In this document: positions 20,512 to 28,676 of the stretch, in pieces
Layout of the letters: each line of letters opens with the position of its first letter
Position numbering within the stretch: position 1 is the first letter of the stretch
NCBI GenBank assembly: GCA_011192015.1
Contig: DUET01000087.1
Span: 10,341-74,340 of the forward strand
Direction of reading: 5' to 3'
DNA length: 64,000 nucleotides
Source of the DNA: Anaerolineae bacterium
GTDB taxonomy: Bacteria > Chloroflexota > Anaerolineae > Anaerolineales > E44-bin32
Notes under the pieces: generated by a model
Told to the model about the DNA's origin: nothing
The model's input: the letters and a program-made list of their open reading frames with translations, nothing else
Database searches by the model: none
Program-made: the position numbers and the translations under genes

Positions 20512-21474
20512 TCACTCCTCCGACTGGGGCTTGTTGTCCAGAATCGCTTCGATCCGCTCCAGGATCTCCGGTGACAACAATTCAACCACTTCGGAGGATT
20601 TCAGATTTTCCTCAAGATGTTCCATACGAGATGCCCCGGTGATCACGCTCGTCAATTGCGGAATGCGCAGGAGCCAACCGATTGCCAATTGCGGCAGGCT
20701 GACGCCCATCTCCTCAGCGATTTTGGCCAGCTCTTTCACCTTGAGGATATTGGCTTCATCCAACACCCCCCTCAGCCATTCGTGTTGATCCAGCCTGGTT
20801 CCTTCTGGGATGCCCTGGTTATACTTCCCCGTCAACAACCCGCTGCGCAGCGGGCTCCAACTGACCAATCCGAAACCGAGATCCTCAGCTGTAGGAACCA
20901 ATTCGCCCTCGAATTTTTGGCGCACGAACATGTTGTAGTGCGGTTGTTCCACGCTCGGTGCGTAGAGCCCCCATTGTGCAGCAATGCCGTGCGCATTGGC
21001 AATTTGCCCCGCGCGCCATTCCGACGTTCCCCAGTAGAGGATCTTGCCCTGATGCACGAGATCATCCATCGCTCTCACGACTTCATCCAAGGGGGTTTCA
21101 TCATCATAACGATGGCAGAAGTAGAGATCGAGATAATCCAATCCCAACCGTTTTAGGGATGCGTGGCAGGATTCCATGATGTGCTTCCGCGAAAGCCCAC
21201 GTCCCGTCGGGCCTTCCATCGTCGGCCAGAAGACCTTGCTCGAGATGACGAGGGCCTCGCGCGGCAAATCGCGGATCGCCTCGGACATGACGGTCTCAGC
21301 CTTTCCTTGGGCATATACATCAGCGTTGTCGAAGAAATTCACGCCCAGCTCGTAGGCCTTGTGCAGAATCTTGGTCGCCTCAGGCGCATCGACCGTCCTG
21401 CCAAAGGTGAGCCATGCGCCGAAAGAAATCTCGCTCAGCTTGAGCCCGGTCTTGCCCATTCTGCGGTAGTTCAT
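20512..21474 (-). CDS. Aldo/keto reductase (Kv-beta-like subfamily)
   Basis: ORF 20512-21534; preferred ATG 21474 lies 8 nt after GGAGG. MNYRRMGKTGLKLSEISFGAW..., FFDNADVYAQGKAE and LDYLDLYFCHRYD are AKR hallmarks. Confidence 0.8.
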   Translation of the reverse strand: MNYRRMGKTGLKLSEISFGAWLTFGRTVDAPEATKILHKAYELGVNFFDNADVYAQGKAETVMSEAIRDLPREALVISSKVFWPTMEGPTGRGLSRKHIMESCHASLKRLGLDYLDLYFCHRYDDETPLDEVVRAMDDLVHQGKILYWGTSEWRAGQIANAHGIAAQWGLYAPSVEQPHYNMFVRQKFEGELVPTAEDLGFGLVSWSPLRSGLLTGKYNQGIPEGTRLDQHEWLRGVLDEANILKVKELAKIAEEMGVSLPQLAIGWLLRIPQLTSVITGASRMEHLEENLKSSEVVELLSPEILERIEAILDNKPQSEE

Positions 21475-21607
21475 GAGTATCGCCTCCATGGCATGCGCCG
21501 GTCCTTCCGACGCAAGGTAAGAGGGATTATACACTCCGCCTTGACGGCAGTTGCTTCATGCTATACTTGCTTCCGTCCATACTTCATTCCGGAGGCGAAG
21601 CTCCACG

Positions 21608-22648
21608 ATGGCAGACATGATGAAAGCAGTGGTAAAAACCAAACCAGGGCCCGGCCTGGAGATGGCGGAAGTGCCGATTCCATCCATTGGACCCGACGAA
21701 GTCCTCGTTAAAGTCCGCGCCTGCTCGATCTGCGGAACCGATCTCCACATTTACAATTACGATGATTGGGCCGCCAGTCGCGTTCATCCTCCCTTCGTGG
21801 CTGGACATGAGATCTGCGGTGATGTCGTCGAACGCGGCAGCGCCGTAACCACACCGGAGATCGGTGATTACGTTTCCTTGGAATCCCATGTCATCTGCAA
21901 TACCTGTAACTACTGCCGCACGGGTCTCGGGCACATCTGCAAGAACACCAAGTTGATCGGTGTCGATCGTGACGGCGGGTTCGCAGAGTACATCGCCATT
22001 GCAGCCCAAAATGCCTGGCCCAATCCTCCAGACCTGCCCCTCGAGATCGCTGTCCTTCAGGAGAACTTCGGCAATGCCGTCCATACCGCATTTGCGGTTG
22101 ATTTGCGCGCGAAGAAAATCTTGATCACGGGTTGCGGGCCGGTCGGGTTGATGACTATTGCGGTCGCTCGCGCCATCGGCGCGCGCGCCATCTATGCCAC
22201 CGATATCAGCCCCTACAGGATCGCATTTGCCAAACGCATGGGAGCTGATCTAGCCCTACACGCCATCGATGATCCCGTGATGGAACTCGTACACGAAGCA
22301 ACTGATGGTGAAGGCGTCGATGTACTGTTGGAAGTTTCAGGAGCGCCTGCCGCTATCGACCAGGGATTCAGTCTGCTCAAGCCAGGCGGTGATGCAGCCC
22401 TGCTTGGGGTTACGCCGGGTTCCTTCGATTTTGATTGGAACCACCATATCGTTTTCAAGGCTGCAAACCTGCATGGAGTCAGTGGGCGCAATCTTTGGAA
22501 GACTTGGTATCAAGCCCGGGGGCTGATTCGGTCTGGAGCCGTCGATCTATCCCCGATGGTGACGCATCGCTTCAAACTCGAGGAATTCGACCTCGCCTTC
22601 AAGACGATGGCTTCGGGAGAATCTGGCAAAGTCATGATGACGCCATAA
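21608..22648 (+). CDS. tdh: L-threonine 3-dehydrogenase (Zn-dependent MDR)
   Basis: ORF 21551-22648; preferred ATG 21608. MKAVVKTKPGPGLEMAEVPIP...ACSICGTDLHIYNYDDWA...GHEICGDVVE aligns closely with Tdh. Rossmann motif ITGCGPVGLM. Confidence 0.8.
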   Translation: MADMMKAVVKTKPGPGLEMAEVPIPSIGPDEVLVKVRACSICGTDLHIYNYDDWAASRVHPPFVAGHEICGDVVERGSAVTTPEIGDYVSLESHVICNTCNYCRTGLGHICKNTKLIGVDRDGGFAEYIAIAAQNAWPNPPDLPLEIAVLQENFGNAVHTAFAVDLRAKKILITGCGPVGLMTIAVARAIGARAIYATDISPYRIAFAKRMGADLALHAIDDPVMELVHEATDGEGVDVLLEVSGAPAAIDQGFSLLKPGGDAALLGVTPGSFDFDWNHHIVFKAANLHGVSGRNLWKTWYQARGLIRSGAVDLSPMVTHRFKLEEFDLAFKTMASGESGKVMMTP

Positions 22649-22661
22649 GGAGAGATGATTG

Positions 22662-23543
22662 ATGGGTAGTTCTATTCGCAATCGACTGATCATGATATGC
22701 ATCTTTCTCCTCGTCGTAGCAGCTTGTGCGCGTCCGACGGAGATCTCACATTCGGATCTCGTTGCCACGATTGTGGCCGGTACACTCACCGGGCTCCCCC
22801 CGCTGCCCCCCAGCGCTACTCCGGATTCGGGGCCACCATCAGAAATTTCCAGTGCGACACCCAGTTCAGAGCCTTCTGCTACTGCGACCCAAACGCCCAC
22901 ACCAACGCAAACGGCAACAGCCTCCCCCACGCCCGGACCGGAGGATCCCCGTATCGGCCTCGATCTCGACAATCCGGATCATCGCGACGAATTCACCACT
23001 CCAGGAAGATGGTACAACGGCTACGATGGCCCGGATGCCTCGCTCAACTTCGAAGGACCGACCTTCGCCGCCATTGACAAAACAACGGATTACTTCGTGA
23101 CGTACAGCGCTTCCGTTCGAACCGAGGTAAATTTCTACGTTGAAATCGACGCCACGATCCAAATCTGCTCGGGCAGGGATGCGAGTGGTTTTGCGTTTCG
23201 CGTCGGCGGCGCCAGCTACGATCAAGCCTACATCTTCGAGGTTGCTTGCAACGGTTCCTATCGCTTGCAGAAGTTCATCTCCATTACTTCCGATCCTGAA
23301 TTGCTCATCAATTGGACACCGTCTCTGGTGATCAACAAGGGGCCTAACGCCACCAATCGCCTCGGTGTCTTCGCAGATGGAGACGAGCTTTACCTGTTCG
23401 TCAATGATGCCCTGCTGCGGGAGTTCCCGGTTGTCGACAATGCCTATTCAGAGGGCCGATTCGGCCTCTTCGCCAATGCAATCTCGACACCGAATTTAAA
23501 GGTGGTCTTCGACAATTTCGAGCTGTGGATTCTTGCGCCCTGA
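22662..23543 (+). CDS. Lipoprotein with T/P/S-rich linker and C-terminal beta-sandwich (ConA/LamG-like?) domain, paralog 1
   Basis: ATG 22662 follows an AAGGAGAG SD. Lipobox LLVVAAC. Linker PSATPDSGPPSEISSATPSSEPSATATQTPTPTQTATASPTPGP. The C-terminal block is shared with the next gene (GFAFRVGGASYDQAYIFEV...RLGVFADGDELYLFVND...GRFGLFA...VVFDNFELW). Confidence 0.6.
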   Translation: MGSSIRNRLIMICIFLLVVAACARPTEISHSDLVATIVAGTLTGLPPLPPSATPDSGPPSEISSATPSSEPSATATQTPTPTQTATASPTPGPEDPRIGLDLDNPDHRDEFTTPGRWYNGYDGPDASLNFEGPTFAAIDKTTDYFVTYSASVRTEVNFYVEIDATIQICSGRDASGFAFRVGGASYDQAYIFEVACNGSYRLQKFISITSDPELLINWTPSLVINKGPNATNRLGVFADGDELYLFVNDALLREFPVVDNAYSEGRFGLFANAISTPNLKVVFDNFELWILAP

Positions 23544-23569
23544 AGCTGCCATCGCGTTCGATCTTCAGG

Positions 23570-24487
23570 ATGCATGCCAAGAAGGGGCCAATGGCCAGGG
23601 GAGGATCACGATCCAATCCGGATCAGGTTCGGCGTCCACCCGAAAGAGTGTCTCCCTTACCAAAACGTGGCGTCGCCCGAACCTCGCGCAAGCTTCTGCT
23701 TGCGATGCTCATGATCCCACTGCTCACCGGATGCCTCGACACGCGTCCTCTACCGACGGCAACGCCCTCGCCGCCACCCGCCACGATGACGCCTCCGTTT
23801 GTGATCCCCACGTTGATTCCCACCAGCACATGGGTGCCGGCCCCCCAACCATCACCCACGTTCGATCTCGGGGGATTCATCGGGGAGATCATCTTCCAAG
23901 ATGATTTCGAACAAGACCGCGGTTGGCGTCTGGAGGAAGACATCTTTGGGGCTACAGCATTGGCATCGGGGCGCCTGACCCTGACCTCCCGGCGCCAAGG
24001 CGTTTGGCGCTTCGCCTACAGCCCCGTTGTGAATGCAACCGATTTCTACATGCAGGTCAATTTGCAAGCCGAGATATGCAGTCGAGGCGATGAGTTCGGA
24101 ATCATCTTTCGAGCCAATCCGAGCACGGGTTATTATCGTTTTGGTCTTCGCTGCGAGGGAGGGGTGCGCGTAACCCGCGTCTTGGGCGAAACCGCGCAAT
24201 CCCTGATCACCCCCGCCCAGGCTGAAACCGTTGTGCCTGGTCCCCCTGCCGAGAATCAATTAGGCATTTGGGCAAGAGGAAATCGTTTTCGTTTCTACAT
24301 CAACCGAGTTGAAACCTTCACCGCTCTCGACAGCGCAATTTTCCAAGGAGCGGTCGGTTTCTACATCTTCTCGGGAGATGCCGGCCAAACCACGGTTTTC
24401 TTCGACGACCTCGTGGTTCGCAATCTGCTTGCAACACCCATCCAGACAGTAACGCCAACCCTTCCCGAGGGATTCGATGGCTCGTAA
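23570..24487 (+). CDS. Lipoprotein with P/T-rich linker and C-terminal beta-sandwich domain, paralog 2
   Basis: ORF 23525-24487; preferred ATG 23570. Lipobox IPLLTGC. The C-terminal block parallels paralog 1 (EFGIIFRANPSTGYYRFGL...QLGIWARGNRFRFYINR...GAVGFYIFS...VFFDDLVVRN). Confidence 0.6.
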   Translation: MHAKKGPMARGGSRSNPDQVRRPPERVSPLPKRGVARTSRKLLLAMLMIPLLTGCLDTRPLPTATPSPPPATMTPPFVIPTLIPTSTWVPAPQPSPTFDLGGFIGEIIFQDDFEQDRGWRLEEDIFGATALASGRLTLTSRRQGVWRFAYSPVVNATDFYMQVNLQAEICSRGDEFGIIFRANPSTGYYRFGLRCEGGVRVTRVLGETAQSLITPAQAETVVPGPPAENQLGIWARGNRFRFYINRVETFTALDSAIFQGAVGFYIFSGDAGQTTVFFDDLVVRNLLATPIQTVTPTLPEGFDGS

Positions 24488-25316
24488 ACGCCCCTTCCGC
24501 AATCGCCTCAATGAGCTCTCGCCCAAGGAATGGATCAAGTTCCAAAAATCCTGGTTCATCCATACCCCACCGCCGAGGGATCGTCGAGTCAAGCGCCATC
24601 CGGCCAAGTTCCCCGAAACCCTGGCGCAGGAGTTCGTGGAGTTCTTCACCAAATCCGGCGAGACGGTTCTCGATCCCATGGTGGGGACCGGATCCACGCT
24701 GTGTGCATGCCTGCGAACGGGACGGCACTCGATCGGCATCGAGCTCAATGCAGACTATGCTCAAACTGCTGCTCAGGTCGTCGACGAAGAGCGGGAACGA
24801 CTCGGGGAACCTGCGGCTTCCCTGCGCGCAGAAGTCATCAACCGTGATGCCGCAGATCTGCTGGAACTGGATCTGCCGATGATCGATTATGTCTTTACTT
24901 CCCCACCATACTGGGACATGCTGCATGCCCGTGGAGCAGAAACCCAGAAACGGCGACGCCATGTTGCCGACCTGGATCTGACCTACTCCGAGGATCCAGC
25001 AGATCTGGGTAACATCCATGATTATGAGGAGTTTCTACGCAGGTTGACGACCATCTATGCTTCGCTGACCGACATCCTGCGCCCCAAGGCCTACCTGACG
25101 ATCATTGTGAAGAATATCAAGAAAGGAGGCAAGATCTATCCCCTGGCATGGGATCTGGCCCGCGAACTGGGGCAGAGCTTCACGCTCAAAGATGAACGCA
25201 TCTGGTGCCAGGACGATATCCGATTGGCGCCCTACGGCATGGGCAATGCCTGGGTCAGCAATACCTTTCACCATTACTGTCTTCAATTTCGCCACGAGCC
25301 CCCCACCTCTCCATGA
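24477..25316 (+). CDS. SAM-dependent amino-(N6-A/N4-C) methyltransferase, PF01555-like motifs in permuted order
   Basis: HPAKFPETLAQEFVEFFTKSGETVLDPMVGTGSTLCACLRTGRHSIGIELN (SAM-binding F-x-G-x-G type motif I) lies N-terminal to DYVFTSPPYWDM (catalytic (D/S)PPY motif IV). The ATG overlaps the stop of the preceding lipoprotein gene by 11 nt. Confidence 0.75.
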   Translation: MARKRPFRNRLNELSPKEWIKFQKSWFIHTPPPRDRRVKRHPAKFPETLAQEFVEFFTKSGETVLDPMVGTGSTLCACLRTGRHSIGIELNADYAQTAAQVVDEERERLGEPAASLRAEVINRDAADLLELDLPMIDYVFTSPPYWDMLHARGAETQKRRRHVADLDLTYSEDPADLGNIHDYEEFLRRLTTIYASLTDILRPKAYLTIIVKNIKKGGKIYPLAWDLARELGQSFTLKDERIWCQDDIRLAPYGMGNAWVSNTFHHYCLQFRHEPPTSP

Positions 25317-26287
25317 GCGTCGGCTTGTCCGACCTTGTGACGCTGGCATGCGATCCCGCCATGCTCTCGGCGGGGATCACCTTCGGCTGCCGTGCTCATT
25401 TGCAGGATTTCCAAACTCGTTCCAAGATTCCGATCTCTTCCATACGACGTCGCTGTGCAAACGCCATTTCCAATACCGCCTTCCGGCGGTGGATGGCATC
25501 AAAGGACATCCCCTTCGATGTCATCCCCAGCGCTCCGCTCACAGAACCTCACGAACATCACCTCACCATCGGTGGGCGGAAGGTCGATATTGTCAACAAC
25601 ATGATCACCAATCGCCAAGCCATTCATCGTCTCTATGAACAACCCCAATCGCTGTTACAAATCGAGATTTCCATCCCCGCTGATCTTCGTTCGCAGGAGA
25701 CCGGCTCTACAAGCGATCTGTTGGTCTTCACTCTTCTCATTGCGTATCTCTCCACAAGCCCTTCGCAAACGCGAAACCGTATGAACGCCTCAGAGATGAT
25801 CTTCCTGCTCGCCATTCCTCCTCGTCGCATCTGGAGGCAGCAGCGCCCATGGAGCGCCCTGGGAGTCTTGATCCTCTCCAGCCAGGACCCAGAACCGATC
25901 CATCTGGATTTATGCGCACTGCTGCCCGACCATCGTCCCACGCTGGAGCGTGTGACCATTCCCGTTGGTCACGCCATCGAGTTGTCCAGGGATTGGCACA
26001 ATTTGCTCTACATGCACACCTCACGCATGCCCAACACCACTCTCCGGTTTCATTCCCCAGCTCGAAAGGCAAACTGGTTCGTAACGCCCAGCCAATGGGC
26101 GAATTTATGCTTCTACGAAACACAATTCCTGATGGTGGGCTGGCTGACAAGGCATGAATTCAACAGGATCAACGCAAGCCGAACTCTCGATGATCAAGAA
26201 CGCTATCACCGCAGGAAAACACCCCAAATCCCCATTCGCGAACTGCGACCGATGTCGGATTTATCGCGACGAATGCGCCATATGTAG
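25313..26287 (+). CDS. Hypothetical 324-aa protein, translationally coupled to the methyltransferase
   Basis: ORF 25205-26287; ATG 25313 overlaps the methyltransferase stop (ATGA). Codon third positions resemble neighbouring genes. I recognise no motif (no HNH, GIY-YIG, PLD or clear PD-(D/E)xK). The protein is Arg-rich and Lys-poor. Confidence 0.55.
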   Translation: MSVGLSDLVTLACDPAMLSAGITFGCRAHLQDFQTRSKIPISSIRRRCANAISNTAFRRWMASKDIPFDVIPSAPLTEPHEHHLTIGGRKVDIVNNMITNRQAIHRLYEQPQSLLQIEISIPADLRSQETGSTSDLLVFTLLIAYLSTSPSQTRNRMNASEMIFLLAIPPRRIWRQQRPWSALGVLILSSQDPEPIHLDLCALLPDHRPTLERVTIPVGHAIELSRDWHNLLYMHTSRMPNTTLRFHSPARKANWFVTPSQWANLCFYETQFLMVGWLTRHEFNRINASRTLDDQERYHRRKTPQIPIRELRPMSDLSRRMRHM

Positions 26288-26383
26288 GGGTTGAATGGAA
26301 ATTACCCCCTAGATTTGCCTCCTAAGCTAAATGCATGTATGCTTGGCGCCGATCCGCTGGACATGTTCCTGTTGAGTGAAGCT

Positions 26384-27028
26384 ATGTACTTGGCCATCGA
26401 AGGTGTCATTGGGGTTGGGAAGACCACACTGGGGCGATTGCTTCATCCGACCTTTGATGCCGAGTTGCTTCTGGAAGAATTCGAGGAGAATCCTTTCCTG
26501 TCCAAGTTCTATGGGGATCGCCAACGTTACGCATTCCAAACGCAGATCTTCTTTCTGCTCAGCCGCTATCGCCAGCAGCGGCAAACCGTCCCACAAGCCC
26601 TCTCCCGAGGCAATCTGATCGCTGATTACACCTTTGAGAAGGATGCCCTCTTTGCGCGCCTCAACCTTACCGGGGATGAACTCTCCACCTATCAGCTCGT
26701 ACATGATGCGCTCGCCGAACGAATCCCGCGCCCCGATTTGATCGTGTATCTGCAAGTGGAAACGGATATTGCCCTCAAGCGCATTGCCATGCGCGATCGC
26801 TCTTATGAACGGGACATGGACCGCGACTACATTGATGCACTCAATCAGGCCTACGCCGCTCATTTCAACAACTACATACATACTCGGTTGATTACGATCG
26901 ACTCGTCGAGATTGGATTTCGTTGCAAACGGCAAAGACCTGACCAGTATTGAGCAGGATATTCGACGCGCCTTGGAAACACCACCTATCCAACCAGAACT
27001 GCCTTTAGAGGCTTCCGAAGATGCGTGA
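26384..27028 (+). CDS. Deoxynucleoside kinase (dAK/dGK/dCK family), copy 1
   Basis: ORF 26291-27028 (TTG); alternative ATGs at 26339 and 26384. P-loop MYLAIEGVIGVGKTTLGRLL, ENPFLSKFY, FQTQIFFL and a DRS-type block RDRSYERD are typical of bacterial dNKs. Confidence 0.8.
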   Translation: MYLAIEGVIGVGKTTLGRLLHPTFDAELLLEEFEENPFLSKFYGDRQRYAFQTQIFFLLSRYRQQRQTVPQALSRGNLIADYTFEKDALFARLNLTGDELSTYQLVHDALAERIPRPDLIVYLQVETDIALKRIAMRDRSYERDMDRDYIDALNQAYAAHFNNYIHTRLITIDSSRLDFVANGKDLTSIEQDIRRALETPPIQPELPLEASEDA

Positions 27029-27143
27029 GGGAGAAAACTGCATCGCCACAGGATTGTTCTGCATGGTTTCAATGCTTGTGCTTAACCAGGAGAAGTGAAT
27101 CTGCAGCCACAGGCAACAGCATTGAAATCGCTGGGAGTGCACA

Positions 27144-27815
27144 ATGAAGAAATGGATTGCGGTGGCAGGTAATATCGGCGTTGGCAAATCCTCTCTGGTG
27201 GATCTGCTTGCCAAGAACCTGATGTGGAAACCCTTCTTCGAACCCCAGGAGGAGAACCCCTACCTTGCGGATTTCTACCGCGACATGAGCACCTGGGGAT
27301 TCCATAGTCAAATTTTCTTTCTCACACGCCGTCTGCACATCCATCGGGAGTTGGTGGATCATCCCACCTGCGCAATCCAAGACCGCAGCGTTTATGAGGA
27401 CGCCGAAATCTTCGCACACAATCTATACCTGCAGCATTGCATATCCGAGCGCGATTATCGATCCTACCGGGACCTGTATCAGGTGTTGACCGAGTTTCTC
27501 CCCCCGCCAGATCTCGTTGTCTATCTGCGTGCCTCGGTTGACACCCTCCGCCATCGAATCGCCCACCGGGGTCGCGACTATGAACGCGACATCCAACCCG
27601 ACTATCTGAACCGTCTCAACGACCTCTACGAAACCTGGATCGCGAGTTTTTCACTTTGTCCGGTGCTCATCGTTCCCGCCGATGATCTCGATTACGTTGC
27701 CCATAATTCTCATCTCGAGTTGATCGTCATGAAGATCCAAGACAAGCTTGCGGGCAAGGAAGAAGTGATTTTCGAGCCCGCAGAGGTAGCACTCGTCAAC
27801 GGTTGGGATCATTAG
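27144..27815 (+). CDS. Deoxynucleoside kinase, copy 2
   Basis: P-loop IAVAGNIGVGKSSLVDLL, ENPYLADFY, FHSQIFFLTRR, IQDRSVYED, GRDYERD. Confidence 0.8.
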   Translation: MKKWIAVAGNIGVGKSSLVDLLAKNLMWKPFFEPQEENPYLADFYRDMSTWGFHSQIFFLTRRLHIHRELVDHPTCAIQDRSVYEDAEIFAHNLYLQHCISERDYRSYRDLYQVLTEFLPPPDLVVYLRASVDTLRHRIAHRGRDYERDIQPDYLNRLNDLYETWIASFSLCPVLIVPADDLDYVAHNSHLELIVMKIQDKLAGKEEVIFEPAEVALVNGWDH

Positions 27816-28113
27816 TTCCGCCATCCCATTCCACCTCCGTTTCCTTCGAATACAAGTTATTCCGCTTGCCCGCTTGGGATGCCTTGCGTCGATTCGCATA
27901 CGCGACTCCATGACCGGCATTTGGGCGCAATCACACGATGGTTTATCAACTTGAATGCTGATTTGGGAATCGAATCGGCATGCATGGGGTTTTGAATACT
28001 GAAGGGGGAGGTGATGAGATCATGAAGAAAACCCAACAACCTTGTGTTTTTTCTTATGTTAATACCTTTCAACAGGAGATCATTTAGGATTTATATGCAG
28101 ATTCACAATGATT

Positions 28114-28142
28114 ATTGCTTCACAGATATGATTGCTGTACAA
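28114..28142 (+). promoter_or_regulatory. Candidate sigma70-type promoter of spoVS
   Basis: -35 TTGCTT (28114-28119), 17-nt spacer, -10 TACAAT (28137-28142). It lies about 60 nt upstream of ATG 28204, which has an AAGGAGAGG SD. Confidence 0.45.
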
Positions 28143-28203
28143 TGCAATCAGGAGAACGAACTCTATCGGGCGGTCACTGTTTATATCGCCAAGGAGAGGC
28201 CCG

Positions 28204-28464
28204 ATGACCATCATCAAAGTCTCATCTGAGTCACGAACATCGGCTGTAGCCGGTGCAATTGCTGGTGTCGTTCGAGAGCACAATCGCGCAGATGTTCAGG
28301 CGATAGGTGCTGGTGCGGTCAATCAAGCCGTCAAAGCAGTCGCTATCGCACGTGGTTATCTGCAGGAAGACGGGCTTGACGTTATTTGCATACCTGAATT
28401 TACATCCGTGGATATCGAAGGCAAGGAGCGTACAGCCATTCGCTTGGTGATCGAGCCGCGTTGA
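28204..28464 (+). CDS. spoVS: Stage V sporulation protein S family protein (SpoVS)
   Basis: ORF 28132-28464; ATG 28204 gives the 86-aa MTIIKVSSESRTSAVAGAIAGVVREHNRADVQAIGAGAVNQAVKAVAIARGYL..., the highly conserved SpoVS sequence. Confidence 0.9.
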   Translation: MTIIKVSSESRTSAVAGAIAGVVREHNRADVQAIGAGAVNQAVKAVAIARGYLQEDGLDVICIPEFTSVDIEGKERTAIRLVIEPR

Positions 28465-28676
28465 AATCGATAGCCCTGTTCATCAACCCTCCCCCTGTCC
28501 TCTTCAAATGATCACGAAGCTTACCAGCACGGTGTGTCTTGACACACGGCTGCCGATGTTTGATTCCTCCAACAATGCTTGCATCCCTGAATCAACCCCA
28601 AGCAGAATGACCCCCTTCGGATGCGGGTTCATTTCACCTACGCATGGCTTGGATGGTCCAACCCTTATCGGGACAT

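Noticed and set aside
24260-25019. Minus-strand ORFs of 162 and 233 aa
   Set aside because: They are antisense to the lipoprotein-2 3' end and the methyltransferase, whose SAM and SPPY motifs identify the plus strand as coding.
25205-25312. N-terminal 36-codon extension of the unknown ORF overlapping the methyltransferase
   Set aside because: The ATG at 25313 forms an ATGA stop-start overlap with the methyltransferase. The longer form would overlap 112 nt of well-supported coding sequence.
26291-26383. TTG-initiated N-terminal extension of deoxynucleoside kinase 1
   Set aside because: dNKs normally begin a few residues before the P-loop. The extension (MNGNYPLDLPPKLNACML...) looks non-conserved. 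I kept it as an alternative start only.
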